Below, piece by piece: positions 29,986 to 39,321 of a stretch of DNA of 64,000 nt. Origin of the DNA: Anaeromyxobacteraceae bacterium (GTDB lineage Bacteria > Myxococcota > Myxococcia > Myxococcales > Anaeromyxobacteraceae); contig JASGHJ010000001.1 in the NCBI GenBank assembly GCA_047602405.1, positions 1,760,001 to 1,824,000 on the forward strand. The letters are read 5' to 3'. The position numbers were made by a program, and so were the translations under genes. Within the stretch, counting starts at the first letter, position 1; the number at the start of each line of letters is the position of its first letter. The notes under the pieces are model-generated. The model saw only the letters and a list, made by a program, of their open reading frames with translations. It did no database searches and was not told the origin of the DNA.

Positions 29986-30620
29986 GGGCGCCTCGGGAGC
30001 CCCGCGAGCGCGGGAGCCTCTGCGGCGGAGCGGCCGAAGGCGTCCGCGCCGACCTTCCGCCACAGGCCGGGGTCGAGCCGGAACGGCGCCCCGCCGACGA
30101 TCACCGGCGCGGCCGACCCGCGCGCGCGCAGCTCGCCGACGAGCGTCTCCACGGCGAGCGCCGAGCGGAGGAGGAGCGCGCTCACCATCACCACCGCCGC
30201 GCCCTCGCCCGCCGCGCGCGCGGCGAAGTCGCCCGGCGAGAGCGCCGCGCCGAGGTCGATCACGGTGGCGCCGGCGGCGTGGAGGTGGGCGGCGACCATG
30301 CGCTTGCCGAGCACGTGCTGGTCCTCGAGCACGCCGAGCGCGACCCGCGGGCCCTGGCCCTCCCGGACGGGGGCACCCGGGGCGAAGCGCGCCGTGAGCT
30401 CCTCGACAATCCGCCCCGCCATGTAGACCTGCGAGAGCGACGCCTGCCCGGCCTCCCACGCGGCGCCGATGCGCTCCAGCGCGGGGACGAGCAGCAGATC
30501 GACGACGTCGTGGGGGGCCGCGCCCCGGCCGAGCGCTCCGCTCACGATCTCGCCCACCGCGGCGCGGTCCACCGCGAGCAGCTCTCGCTCGAGCTCGTCC
30601 ACCGGCAGGAGTACGTGCAT
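29982..30620 (-). CDS. Cobalamin (B12)-binding corrinoid protein (cap + Rossmann domain)
   Basis: VPALERIGAAWE..SLSQVYM cap; EDQHVLGKRMV (DxHxxG), VSALL, IVGGAP. Confidence 0.9.
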   Translation of the reverse strand: MHVLLPVDELERELLAVDRAAVGEIVSGALGRGAAPHDVVDLLLVPALERIGAAWEAGQASLSQVYMAGRIVEELTARFAPGAPVREGQGPRVALGVLEDQHVLGKRMVAAHLHAAGATVIDLGAALSPGDFAARAAGEGAAVVMVSALLLRSALAVETLVGELRARGSAAPVIVGGAPFRLDPGLWRKVGADAFGRSAAEAPALAGLPRRP

Positions 30621-30758
30621 CCCGGCGCACCTCGGCCGCGTGGCGGCCCGTACCCTTCGTAGCACTCCGCGTGCCGCCGGAGCACCGACGCAGGGATGAG
30701 GCGGACCATCGGTGAAGCGTGCGGCCGCGGCGGCGGACCCCTCCGCCAACCGCGCGGA

Positions 30759-31997
30759 TCAAGGCACGCGGAGCCGGTAGAGGCGCACCTCGAGGGGGCC
30801 GTTCCAGAGCCGGTGATCGATCTCCGGTTTCACGGGGAGCGCCTGGAGGAGGAGGGGGTTCCCTGACAGGAGGAGCGCGGTCCACCCATGGTGCCGACCC
30901 ACCATCTCGCCGAGGCCGCGGTAGAAGCCGCTCAGCTTGCGCGTCTCGGTGTCGCGGCGGACCGCCCGGGGGGGCGCCGCCTTGCCACGGTGGCCGGACC
31001 CGGTCTCATCGTCACCGCTCATGAGCCGCTCGCCGTAGGGAGGGTTCATCGCGAGGGTCCCGGGCTCGCCGGTGGGCTCGAGGTCGCGGGCGTCCCCGGC
31101 CTCGATCTCGATGTCGGCCTCGAGGCGCGCGGCGAGCACGTTGCGGCGGAGCGCCTCGAGCGCCTTCGGGTGCATGTCGCGCGCGAGGATCCGCGCGGGC
31201 GCGCGGGGCAGCACCGCGGCCCGGGCCTCGGCGCGGAGCCGATCCCAGGCCGACTGCGGCGCGCCCCGGTACGAGGGCCAGCGCTGGAACGCGAAGGCGC
31301 GATCGAGCCCGGGCGCGATGCGTCGGGCGCGGAGCGCGAACTCGATCGGGAGCGTGCCGGAGCCGGCCATCGGGTCGACGAACGGGCGCTCGAGGTCGGC
31401 GCCGCCGAGGAGCAGCACCGCCGCGGCGAGCGTCTCCTTGAGCGGCGCGGGGCCCTGCGAGACCCGGTACCCGCGGCGGTGCAGGACGTCGCCGGCGAGG
31501 TCGAGCGAGAGCGTCGCCTCGCCGCGCGAGAGGTGGAGCACGATCCGGACGTCCGGGTCCTTCGTGTCGACGTCGGGCCGGGCGCCGAGCTTGTCGCGGA
31601 GCGCGTCGACGACCGCGTCCTTCACCTTGAGCGCCGCGAAGCCGGAGTGGACGATCGTCTCCGACTGCACCGAGGCGTCCACCGCGAGCGTGGTCTTCGC
31701 GGTGAGCCAGGGCTCCCAGTCGATGGCACGCGCCCCGGCGTAGAGGCCGTCGGCGTCGGCGGCCGGGAACCTCGCGAGCTCGAGCAGCACCCGCATCGCG
31801 GTGCGGGTGTGCAGGCAGACCCGCATGCCCGCCTCGAGCTTGCCCTCGAACGAGACGCCGCCGCGCTCGCCGCGGACGGCGTGCAGCTTCAGGCCCGAGA
31901 GCTCCTTCTTGAGCGCGCCCTCGGTGCCGCGGGCGCAGGTGGCGAAGAACCTCACGAGCGCGGTGATATCACGCTCACGGGGCGGGGGCCTGCTCAT
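30759..31997 (-). CDS. THUMP-domain RNA methyltransferase (RlmL-like)
   Basis: KVKDAVVD, LHRRGYR, APLKETLAAA, DPMAGSGT, NPPYGER. Confidence 0.9.
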   Translation of the reverse strand: MSRPPPRERDITALVRFFATCARGTEGALKKELSGLKLHAVRGERGGVSFEGKLEAGMRVCLHTRTAMRVLLELARFPAADADGLYAGARAIDWEPWLTAKTTLAVDASVQSETIVHSGFAALKVKDAVVDALRDKLGARPDVDTKDPDVRIVLHLSRGEATLSLDLAGDVLHRRGYRVSQGPAPLKETLAAAVLLLGGADLERPFVDPMAGSGTLPIEFALRARRIAPGLDRAFAFQRWPSYRGAPQSAWDRLRAEARAAVLPRAPARILARDMHPKALEALRRNVLAARLEADIEIEAGDARDLEPTGEPGTLAMNPPYGERLMSGDDETGSGHRGKAAPPRAVRRDTETRKLSGFYRGLGEMVGRHHGWTALLLSGNPLLLQALPVKPEIDHRLWNGPLEVRLYRLRVP

Positions 31998-32037
31998 CCC
32001 GAGCGTGGGCCCGCGCAGCGGGCCGGAGTCGAGGACG
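31990..32037 (+). repeat. Palindromic repeat family A, copy 3
   Basis: CTGCTCATCCCGAGCGTGGGCCCGC-GCA-GCGGGCCGGAGTCGAGGACG. Confidence 0.85.
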
Positions 32038-32045
32038 CCCCCCGC

Positions 32046-33203
32046 TCAACGCAGCGCCTGCACCTCGATGCGGCGGTTCGCGGCGCGGCCCCGGGCGGTG
32101 AAGTTGGGCAGCACCGGGCTCGCCCCGCCACGGCCGGCCCAGCTGAGCCGGCCGGCGTCCACGCCGAGCTGCACGAGCCGGCGCGCGGCGGCCTGGGCCA
32201 TCGCGTGCGAGAGCTTCGCGTCGGCCTCGGGCTCCGAGGTGGCGTCGACGAAGCCCTCGAGGCGCACCTTGACGTCGGGCGAGGCGCCCAGCGCCCGGGC
32301 GAGGTCGGCCAGGCCGGCGTCCTGGGCGAGGTCGGCGGTCCGGCCCTCGAAGGCGACGTCCTCGACGACGAGCCGGCCGGGGTCGGCGAGCCGACGCGCC
32401 CAGGCGGCCGAGCGCCGCGAGGTGCCCTCGACGCGGCCGGCCGGCGCGGGCGCCACCGGGGCCGGCGCCGTCGCGAGCTGCGGCGGGGGCGGGAGCGGGA
32501 CGCTCGGCGAGTCGAGCGCGGCCTTCGCGGGCAGCTGCGGCGCGGCCGGCCGCCCCTCCACGAGCGCGTACTCGCGGAGCGCCTTCACCCGCGCCTCGTC
32601 GAAGCAGCGCTTGCGGCCGGTGTCGCCGAGCCTGAGGAGCACCGGCTGCACGAGCGCGGCGGTCGCGCGCTGTACGGCGGCCTCCGGGCGCTCGTCGCCG
32701 GCCGGGCTCGCGCGGGTGGTGGCGGCGAAGAGCAGGTGGCGGTCGCCGGCGAGGGCGAGCCGGACGGTCACGAGCAGCGCGGCGTCGCCGCCGGCGTCGT
32801 GCGCCCGCCCCTCCACCGCGCCGTAGAGCGCCGCGTCCGCGCCGAGGAGCTCCGCGAGCTCGAGCGCGAGGCTCGGCGAGATGCCGGGCGGCAGCTCGAG
32901 CGGCGTGTCGCGGAAGATCGCGCGCAGGTCGCCGAGCGGGAGGACGCGCGTGCGCTCGGGGTCGATGCCGGCCGCGAGCGTGGCGGTGGCCGCCTCCGCG
33001 GCGAGCGGGGCGTCGGAGGCGTTCTCGAAGGGCGCGACCACGAGGCAGCGCACCCGGGCGAGCTCGGCGGCGCGGAGGACCTCCTGGCCCGCGCCCGGGC
33101 CCGGGCCGGCGCCGTGGCCGCGCGCCGCGGCGCACCCGGCGGCGAAGGCCGCGAGCGCGGCGGCCAGGCCGGCGGCCCGGACGGCGGGAGGAAGGCGGTG
33201 CAT
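32046..33203 (-). CDS. Lipoprotein with N-terminal alpha/beta domain and C-terminal OmpA-like peptidoglycan-binding domain
   Basis: Lipobox FAAGC; VAPFENAS; VRLEGFVD..LS..A..LVQLGV..G.G...ANRRIEV. Confidence 0.8.
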   Translation of the reverse strand: MHRLPPAVRAAGLAAALAAFAAGCAAARGHGAGPGPGAGQEVLRAAELARVRCLVVAPFENASDAPLAAEAATATLAAGIDPERTRVLPLGDLRAIFRDTPLELPPGISPSLALELAELLGADAALYGAVEGRAHDAGGDAALLVTVRLALAGDRHLLFAATTRASPAGDERPEAAVQRATAALVQPVLLRLGDTGRKRCFDEARVKALREYALVEGRPAAPQLPAKAALDSPSVPLPPPPQLATAPAPVAPAPAGRVEGTSRRSAAWARRLADPGRLVVEDVAFEGRTADLAQDAGLADLARALGASPDVKVRLEGFVDATSEPEADAKLSHAMAQAAARRLVQLGVDAGRLSWAGRGGASPVLPNFTARGRAANRRIEVQALR

Positions 33204-33269
33204 GTGTGCATCGTACCCGGGTTTTCGCCTCCGCCGGGACCCGGTGAGGCCGTCCCTTCGAGGTGACGC

Positions 33270-33320
33270 GTTCACGGTTCCGTCGCTTTCGGTCCTTGTT
33301 CCCGTCACATTCCCGTGCGT
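33270..33320 (+). promoter_or_regulatory. Candidate PHO box upstream of phoB
   Basis: TTCAC/GTCGC/GTCAC/GTGCG at 33271, 33282, 33304, 33315 (11-bp register). Confidence 0.4.
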
Positions 33321-33332
33321 TAACGTGGCCCC

Positions 33333-34028
33333 GTGACCTCGGTCCTCCTCGTCGACGACGAGCGCGATCTCCTCTCGCTCCTCGACTTCAACCTCCGCGC
33401 CGCCGGCTTCGAGACCGCGCTCGCCACCACCGGCGAGCAGGCGCTCGCCCAGGTGAGGCGGCGGGTGCCCGACCTCGTCCTCCTCGACCTCATGCTGCCG
33501 GACGTGCCCGGCACCGAGGTCTGCCGGCAGCTCAAGGCCGATCCCCGCACGAAGCACGTCCCGGTGGTCATGCTCACCGCGAAGGGCGAGGAGGTCGACC
33601 GGGTGGTGGGGTTCGAGCTCGGCGCCGATGACTACGTGACGAAGCCGTTCAGCGTGCGCGAGCTCATCCTGCGGTTGAAGGCGCTCCTCCGCCGGGCCGG
33701 GCCCTCCCGCGCCTCCGAGCGGCCGCCGGAGCAGGTCGGGCCGATCCGGGTCGACGTCGACGCGCACCGGGCGTTCGTCGACGACGCGGAGGTGACCCTC
33801 ACCCCGCTCGAGTTCAAGCTCCTCTCGACGCTCATGTCGCGCCTCGGCCGCGTGCAGTCGCGCGAGCAGCTCCTCGAGGACGTCTGGGAGATGTCGTCGG
33901 AGGTCGAGACCCGCACGGTCGACACGCACGTGAAGCGGCTGCGGGAGAAGCTCGGCTCCGGCCGCGACCTCCTCGAGACCGTGCGCGGCATCGGGTACCG
34001 GCTCGTCGACCCCACCGATTGGAGCTGA
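33333..34028 (+). CDS. phoB: Phosphate regulon response regulator PhoB
   Basis: REC (LVDDE, DLMLP, KPF) + OmpR wHTH (TRTVDTHVKRLREKL, TVRGIGY); upstream of pst. Confidence 0.9.
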   Translation: MTSVLLVDDERDLLSLLDFNLRAAGFETALATTGEQALAQVRRRVPDLVLLDLMLPDVPGTEVCRQLKADPRTKHVPVVMLTAKGEEVDRVVGFELGADDYVTKPFSVRELILRLKALLRRAGPSRASERPPEQVGPIRVDVDAHRAFVDDAEVTLTPLEFKLLSTLMSRLGRVQSREQLLEDVWEMSSEVETRTVDTHVKRLREKLGSGRDLLETVRGIGYRLVDPTDWS

Positions 34029-34032
34029 CCCC

Positions 34033-35166
34033 ATGTTCGGGCACACGCGCCTCTCCGCCGCCGTCGCCGCGCTCAGGAAGGAGCTCGCGGGCGGCCCCCG
34101 CGCCGACCTCGGCGTGGAGGTGCGCCAGCTCGCCGAGCTCCTCATGGAGCGCGAGCGCCGCCGCGGCCTGCAGGCCCCGAAGGACGCGCCCGAGGCGGAG
34201 CTCCTCGCCGCGCTCCCCGACGCCGCGGCCCTGGTCTCGCGCGAGGGCTGGGTGCGCGTGTCCAACGCCGCCTTCGACACGCTCGCCACGAAGGGGCGGG
34301 CGCAGGGGCTCACGCCGCTCGAGATCACCCGCTCCGCGGAGCTCTCCGAGGCCGTGAAGCGCGCCCTCGAGGGCACCGCCCGGCGGCTCGAGCTCGGCAT
34401 CGGCCAGCGCGCGTACTTCGTCCACCTCGCCCCGCTCATCCGCGGCGAGGTGCTGCTGATGATGCGCGACGTGACCGACGCGCGGCGCTCCGAGGCGGTG
34501 CGCCGGGACTTCGTCGCGAACGCCAGCCACGAGCTGCGGACGCCCATCTCGGCGATCCGCGCGGCCGCCGAGACGCTGCTCGGCGGCGCGGTCGACGACC
34601 CGGCCACCGCCCGGTCCTTCGTCGAGATCGTGGCGCGCCACGCCGAGCGGCTCGCGCGGCTCACCCAGGATCTGCTCGACCTCTCCCGCATCGAGTCGCG
34701 GCAGTGGCGGCTCGACGCCGTGCCGGTCGACGTGGCGGTCCTCGGCCGGCAGGTCGTGGAGCTCGTCGCGGGCGCCGCCCGCGACAAGGGGATCGCGCTC
34801 CGCTGCGAGATCCCGGACGGCACCACCGTGCGCGGAGACGCCCGGGCGCTCGAGCAGATCCTCGTGAACCTCGTCGACAACGGGGTGAAGTACACGGCCC
34901 AGGGCGCGGTGGTGCTCGGCGCGGAGCGCGAGCGGGACGACGTCGTCCTCACCGTCGTCGACACCGGCCCGGGCATCGAGCAGCAGCACCTGCCGCGGAT
35001 CTTCGAGCGCTTCTACCGGATCGACGCCGGGCGCTCGCGGGACCAGGGCGGCACCGGGCTCGGGCTCTCGATCGTGAAGAACCTCGCGCAGGCCATGGGC
35101 GGCGACGTGGGCGTCGAGAGCGGCGCCGGCGGCTCGCGCTTCTGGCTGCGTTTGCCGGCGCCCTAG
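34033..35166 (+). CDS. phoR: Phosphate regulon sensor kinase PhoR (no obvious TM segment)
   Basis: RRDFVANASHELRTP, NLVDNGVKY, RIFERFYRID..RSRDQGGTGLGL. Confidence 0.9.
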   Translation: MFGHTRLSAAVAALRKELAGGPRADLGVEVRQLAELLMERERRRGLQAPKDAPEAELLAALPDAAALVSREGWVRVSNAAFDTLATKGRAQGLTPLEITRSAELSEAVKRALEGTARRLELGIGQRAYFVHLAPLIRGEVLLMMRDVTDARRSEAVRRDFVANASHELRTPISAIRAAAETLLGGAVDDPATARSFVEIVARHAERLARLTQDLLDLSRIESRQWRLDAVPVDVAVLGRQVVELVAGAARDKGIALRCEIPDGTTVRGDARALEQILVNLVDNGVKYTAQGAVVLGAERERDDVVLTVVDTGPGIEQQHLPRIFERFYRIDAGRSRDQGGTGLGLSIVKNLAQAMGGDVGVESGAGGSRFWLRLPAP

Positions 35167-35168
35167 AA

Positions 35169-35200
35169 ACGTCACGCGCGCGCCGCGGGCGCGCCACGGC
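35169..35200 (+). promoter_or_regulatory. Candidate PHO box upstream of porin/pstS
   Basis: GTCAC/GCCGC/GCCAC at 35171, 35182, 35193. Confidence 0.45.
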
Positions 35201-35248
35201 GGCCCCGTAGATCGACTCCCCGGAACGCACACAAGGGGAATCGACGAC

Positions 35249-36463
35249 ATGAACCGCCTCATCGCCGCCCTCGCGGCGCTCGCCATCGCACCGTTCGCTC
35301 TCGCCCAGGAGTCCCAGCCGGCGCAGCCGGATCCGGCCGCGCTCGAGGGCAAGCTCACCTCCCTCGAGGAGCAGTACGCGGAGACCAAGGCCGCCGTCGC
35401 GGCCCTCCAGAAGCTGAAGCTCTCGGGCTACATCCAGGCCCGCTGGGCCTACAACGAGACCGGCCTCCCGGTCGGCTCCGGCGCCAACGCCTACAACACC
35501 TCGCCCGAGACCGCGCCCGGCCAGAACGGCTTCTTCATCCGCCGCGGCCGCCTCAAGGCCGTCTACAACGCCGACCTCTCCGACTACGTGCTCCAGATCG
35601 ACGTGACGCCCAACGGCGTCGCGATCAAGGAGGGCTACGCCACGCTGAAGCTGCCCGCGGGCTGGGCGGTGGACGCCGGCCTCCAGCTCTTCCCGTTCGG
35701 CTACGAGGTCGCGAGCCGCTCCTCCTCGGATCTCGACACCCTCGAGCGCGCCCGCGTCACCCGCGCCTTCGCCGGCGGCGAGTACGACCTCGGCGTGGCG
35801 GTGCGCGGCCAGATCGCGAAGCTCGTGAACGTGAAGGTCGGCGTCTTCAACGGCAACGGCGTCGACTCCGGCCAGACCGGCAAGGACAACGACCAGCTGA
35901 AGGACGTCATCGGCCGCGCCACGGTCGACCTCGGCATGCTCACCGCCGGCGTCTCGGGCTGGTACGGCAAGACGAAGAACTACGCCCGCCCGGACGACAA
36001 GGCGTATGACCGCGTCCGCGCGGCGATCGACGCGCAGCTCTACCTCGACCTCCTCCCGATCGGCGGCACGGCGCTGAAGGGCGAGTGGATGTGGGGCCGC
36101 ACCACCATCGGCACGAACAACGCCAACGGCGGCGCGGGCGGCAACCTGCCCGGCCTCACCTCCGGCGCGCCGGTCCCGACCGGCAACGGCTGGTACGCGC
36201 TCGTCACCCAGAACGTGCTCGCCCACCACCAGGTCGCCGCGAAGTTCGAGCAGTACACGCCGAACCTGACCGCCAGCACCGAGGGCGCCACGAACACCAC
36301 CGTGAAGACCCAGCGCGAGCTGCAGCTCGCGCTGCACACCTACGTGGGCGAGGGCGGCAAGGTCACGCTCGCGTGGTTCCACCCGATGAACGGCAAGGCC
36401 GGCGACAAGGCCGTCGACCCCAACGCGGACCAGTACATCCTGCAGGTCCAGGCGAAGTTCTAG
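35249..36463 (+). CDS. Phosphate-selective outer membrane porin (OprO/OprP-like)
   Basis: Signal peptide, N-terminal coil, LSGYIQAR, FFIRRGRLK, YDLGV, FNGNG, C-terminal QVQAKF; pst context. Confidence 0.75.
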   Translation: MNRLIAALAALAIAPFALAQESQPAQPDPAALEGKLTSLEEQYAETKAAVAALQKLKLSGYIQARWAYNETGLPVGSGANAYNTSPETAPGQNGFFIRRGRLKAVYNADLSDYVLQIDVTPNGVAIKEGYATLKLPAGWAVDAGLQLFPFGYEVASRSSSDLDTLERARVTRAFAGGEYDLGVAVRGQIAKLVNVKVGVFNGNGVDSGQTGKDNDQLKDVIGRATVDLGMLTAGVSGWYGKTKNYARPDDKAYDRVRAAIDAQLYLDLLPIGGTALKGEWMWGRTTIGTNNANGGAGGNLPGLTSGAPVPTGNGWYALVTQNVLAHHQVAAKFEQYTPNLTASTEGATNTTVKTQRELQLALHTYVGEGGKVTLAWFHPMNGKAGDKAVDPNADQYILQVQAKF

Positions 36464-36508
36464 GCCGGGCCCATCGCTGACATCCGAAAGCCACAGGAGA
36501 AGAACGAC

Positions 36509-37324
36509 ATGAAGCGCATGCTCCTCGCCCTCGTCGCCGCCGCCCTGCCCGTGCTCTCGCACGCCCAGGCCGTGACGGTGAAGGGCTCCGACACGATGGT
36601 GATCCTCGCCCAGCGCTGGGCCGAGAGCTACATGAAGGCCCAGGCCGGCAAGCGCGTGCAGGTGACCGGCGGCGGCTCCGGCATCGGCCTCGCCGCCCTC
36701 ATCAACGGCACGACCGACATCGCGAACGCGTCCCGCTCCATCAAGGAGTCCGAGATCGCGAAGGTCCGCGACCGGTTCAACGTCCTGCCGACGGAGATCG
36801 CCGTCGCGAAGGACGGCGTCGCCCTCTACGTCAACGAGGCGAACCCGGTCGACACGCTCACGATCGCGCAGCTGAGGGCGATCTACACGGGCGACGTCAC
36901 GAACTGGAAGGAGGTCGGCGGTCCGGACGCGAAGATCGTCCTCTACTCCCGCGAGAACTCCTCCGGCACCTACGTCTTCTTCAAGGAGAACGTGCTCGCG
37001 AACGCCGACTACGCGGCGAACGCCCAGACGCTCCCCGGCACCGCCGCGGTCGTGAACGCGGTCGCGAAGGAGAGGTTCGGCATCGGCTACGGCGGCGCCG
37101 CCTACGCGAAGGGCATCAAGGAGGTGAAGGTGGTCGGCAAGGACGGCAAGGGCTGGCTGCCGAACGCCGAGAACGTCGCCGCCGGGACCTACCCGCTGTC
37201 GCGCAAGCTCTTCATGTACACGCGCGGCAAGCCGTCCGGGGACGCGAAGGCCTTCATCGACTACTGCCTGTCGCCCGAGGGCCAGAAGGTCGTCACGGAA
37301 GTGGGCTACTTCCCGGTGAAGTAG
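36509..37324 (+). CDS. pstS: Phosphate ABC transporter substrate-binding protein
   Basis: KGSDTM, GGGSG.G, DIANASR, SRENSSGTY, YPLSRKLFMY. Confidence 0.93.
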   Translation: MKRMLLALVAAALPVLSHAQAVTVKGSDTMVILAQRWAESYMKAQAGKRVQVTGGGSGIGLAALINGTTDIANASRSIKESEIAKVRDRFNVLPTEIAVAKDGVALYVNEANPVDTLTIAQLRAIYTGDVTNWKEVGGPDAKIVLYSRENSSGTYVFFKENVLANADYAANAQTLPGTAAVVNAVAKERFGIGYGGAAYAKGIKEVKVVGKDGKGWLPNAENVAAGTYPLSRKLFMYTRGKPSGDAKAFIDYCLSPEGQKVVTEVGYFPVK

Positions 37325-37363
37325 TCACCCCGGCGCAACGGCCCCGTCACGGGAACGTCACGC
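37322..37363 (+). promoter_or_regulatory. Candidate tandem PHO boxes between pstS and pstC
   Basis: GTCAC, GCAAC, GTCAC, GTCAC at 37324, 37335, 37346, 37357 (exact 11-bp period). Confidence 0.65.
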
Positions 37364-37378
37364 AGGGGGGGTACTTCC

Positions 37379-38386
37379 GTGTCCGTGGCCAACGGCACCA
37401 CAGCAGGGCTCGCGGGGGAAGGGGTCGAGAGGCCCCTCCCCGCGATCCGCCGGCGACAGCTCCGCGAGGCGGCGATCGAGGTGGGCATCACCCTCGTCGC
37501 CCTCACCGGCATCGCCTTCGTCGTCCTCATCTTCGTCTTCGTCGGGCGCGAGGCGCTCCCCATCTTCACCTCCGAGGAGGTGCGGGCGGAGACCGACCTC
37601 GCGCGGATGTTCCTCCCGCAGGCCTGGCGCGAGGGGAAGGCGGCGTTCTTCTCCTGGCAGCCCGTCTCCGATGTCCCGAAGTACTCGATGGTGCCGCTCT
37701 TCGTCGGCACGCTGAAGACCACCTTCGTGGCGATGGCCATCTCGGTGCCGCTCGGCGTCGCCGCGGCGGTCTACACCTCCGAGTTCGCGCCCCGGCGCCT
37801 CAAGGAGGTGCTGAAGCCCACCATCGAGATGCTCGCCGGCATCCCCTCGGTGGTGGTCGGCTTCTTCGCCCTGCTCGTCATGGCGACGGTCTTCCAGGAC
37901 ACCTTCGGCTTCGCCTACCGCCTGAACGCGGTGGTCGCCGGCGCGGCGCTCGCCATCACGGTGGTCCCGGTCATCTTCACGGTGTCGGAGGACGCCCTCA
38001 CCGCGGTCCCCCGCAGCTACAGGGAGGCGTCGCTCGCGCTCGGCGCGACGCGGTGGGAGACCGCCTTCCAGGTGGTGCTCCCCGCGGCCGCCCCGGGCGT
38101 CCTCGCGGCGGTCGTGCTCGGCTTCGGGCGCTCCATCGGCGAGACGATGATCGTGCTCATGGCCTCCGGCAACGCGGCCATCACGAGCTGGTCGCTCGGC
38201 GAGTCGGTCCGCACGCTGCCCGCCACCATCGCCGCCGAGATGGGCGAGGTGGTCTTCGGCGGCGCGCACTACTCGGTGCTGTTCTTCATCGGCGTCGAGC
38301 TCTTCCTCTTCACCTTCGTCCTCAACACGCTCGCCTCGGTCTTCGTGAAGCGCCTCGTGAGGCGGATGTCCGGGGGTGCCGCGTGA
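37379..38386 (+). CDS. pstC: Phosphate ABC transporter permease PstC
   Basis: EMLAGIPSVVVG, EASLALGATRWET, GRSIGETMIVLM. Confidence 0.93.
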   Translation: MSVANGTTAGLAGEGVERPLPAIRRRQLREAAIEVGITLVALTGIAFVVLIFVFVGREALPIFTSEEVRAETDLARMFLPQAWREGKAAFFSWQPVSDVPKYSMVPLFVGTLKTTFVAMAISVPLGVAAAVYTSEFAPRRLKEVLKPTIEMLAGIPSVVVGFFALLVMATVFQDTFGFAYRLNAVVAGAALAITVVPVIFTVSEDALTAVPRSYREASLALGATRWETAFQVVLPAAAPGVLAAVVLGFGRSIGETMIVLMASGNAAITSWSLGESVRTLPATIAAEMGEVVFGGAHYSVLFFIGVELFLFTFVLNTLASVFVKRLVRRMSGGAA

Positions 38387-39297
38387 GCGTGACCTCCCGC
38401 AAGGTCGCCGGCGGGCTCCTCACCTGGGCGACCGGGGGCGCCGCGCTCCTCATCGTCGGGATGCTCGCGGTGATCCTGGCGGACATCACCCGGGGCGGCG
38501 TGGGCCGGGTGAGCTGGACCTTCCTCACCGCCGCGCCCGAGGAGGGCATGACGGCGGGCGGCATCTTCCCGGCCATCTACGGGACCGCGATCATGACGCT
38601 GATGATGACGGTCGCCGTGCTGCCCGTCGGCGTCATCACCGCCATCTACCTCCACGAGTACGCGCCGCCCCGCTCGAGGATCGCCGGGGCGATCCGCGCC
38701 GCCATCAACAACCTCGCCGGCGTGCCCTCCATCGTCTTCGGGCTCTTCGGCGTCGGCTTCTTCATCCAGTTCGTCGGGCGCGGCCTCGACCGCGCGCTCT
38801 CCGAGCCCGGCACGCTCACCTACGGGAAGCCGTCGCTCCTGTGGGCGGCGCTCACCCTCGCCATCCTCACCCTGCCGGTCGTCATCGTGGCGACCGAGGA
38901 GGCGCTGCGGGCCGTGCCGCGCGAGCACCGCGACGCCTCGCTCGCGCTCGGGGCCACGAAGTCGCAGACGCTCTGGAAGGTGATCCTGCCCCAGGCGCTG
39001 CCCGGCATCCTCACCGGCGCGATCCTGGCGGTGGCGCGCGGCGCGGGGGAGGTCGCCCCGATCCTCTTCACCGGCGTCGCCTACTTCCTGCCGGACCTGC
39101 CGACCTCGGCCTGGTCGCAGTTCATGCACCTCGGCTACCACGTGTACGTGCTCGCGACGCAGTCGCCCGACGTCGAGGCGACCCGGCCGCTCCTCTACGC
39201 GACCGTGTTCGTGCTGCTCGCCCTCACCTTCGCCCTCAACCTCGTGGCGATCGCCATCCGCACGCAGACCCGGCGCAAGGCCGCCGCCGGCCACTAG
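38383..39297 (+). CDS. pstA: Phosphate ABC transporter permease PstA
   Basis: GGIFPAIYGT, NLAGVPSIVFGLFG, ASLALGATK, ARGAGEVAP. Confidence 0.93.
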   Translation: MSVTSRKVAGGLLTWATGGAALLIVGMLAVILADITRGGVGRVSWTFLTAAPEEGMTAGGIFPAIYGTAIMTLMMTVAVLPVGVITAIYLHEYAPPRSRIAGAIRAAINNLAGVPSIVFGLFGVGFFIQFVGRGLDRALSEPGTLTYGKPSLLWAALTLAILTLPVVIVATEEALRAVPREHRDASLALGATKSQTLWKVILPQALPGILTGAILAVARGAGEVAPILFTGVAYFLPDLPTSAWSQFMHLGYHVYVLATQSPDVEATRPLLYATVFVLLALTFALNLVAIAIRTQTRRKAAAGH

Positions 39298-39321
39298 GGC
39301 AATCTCCCCGGACTCGAAGAC

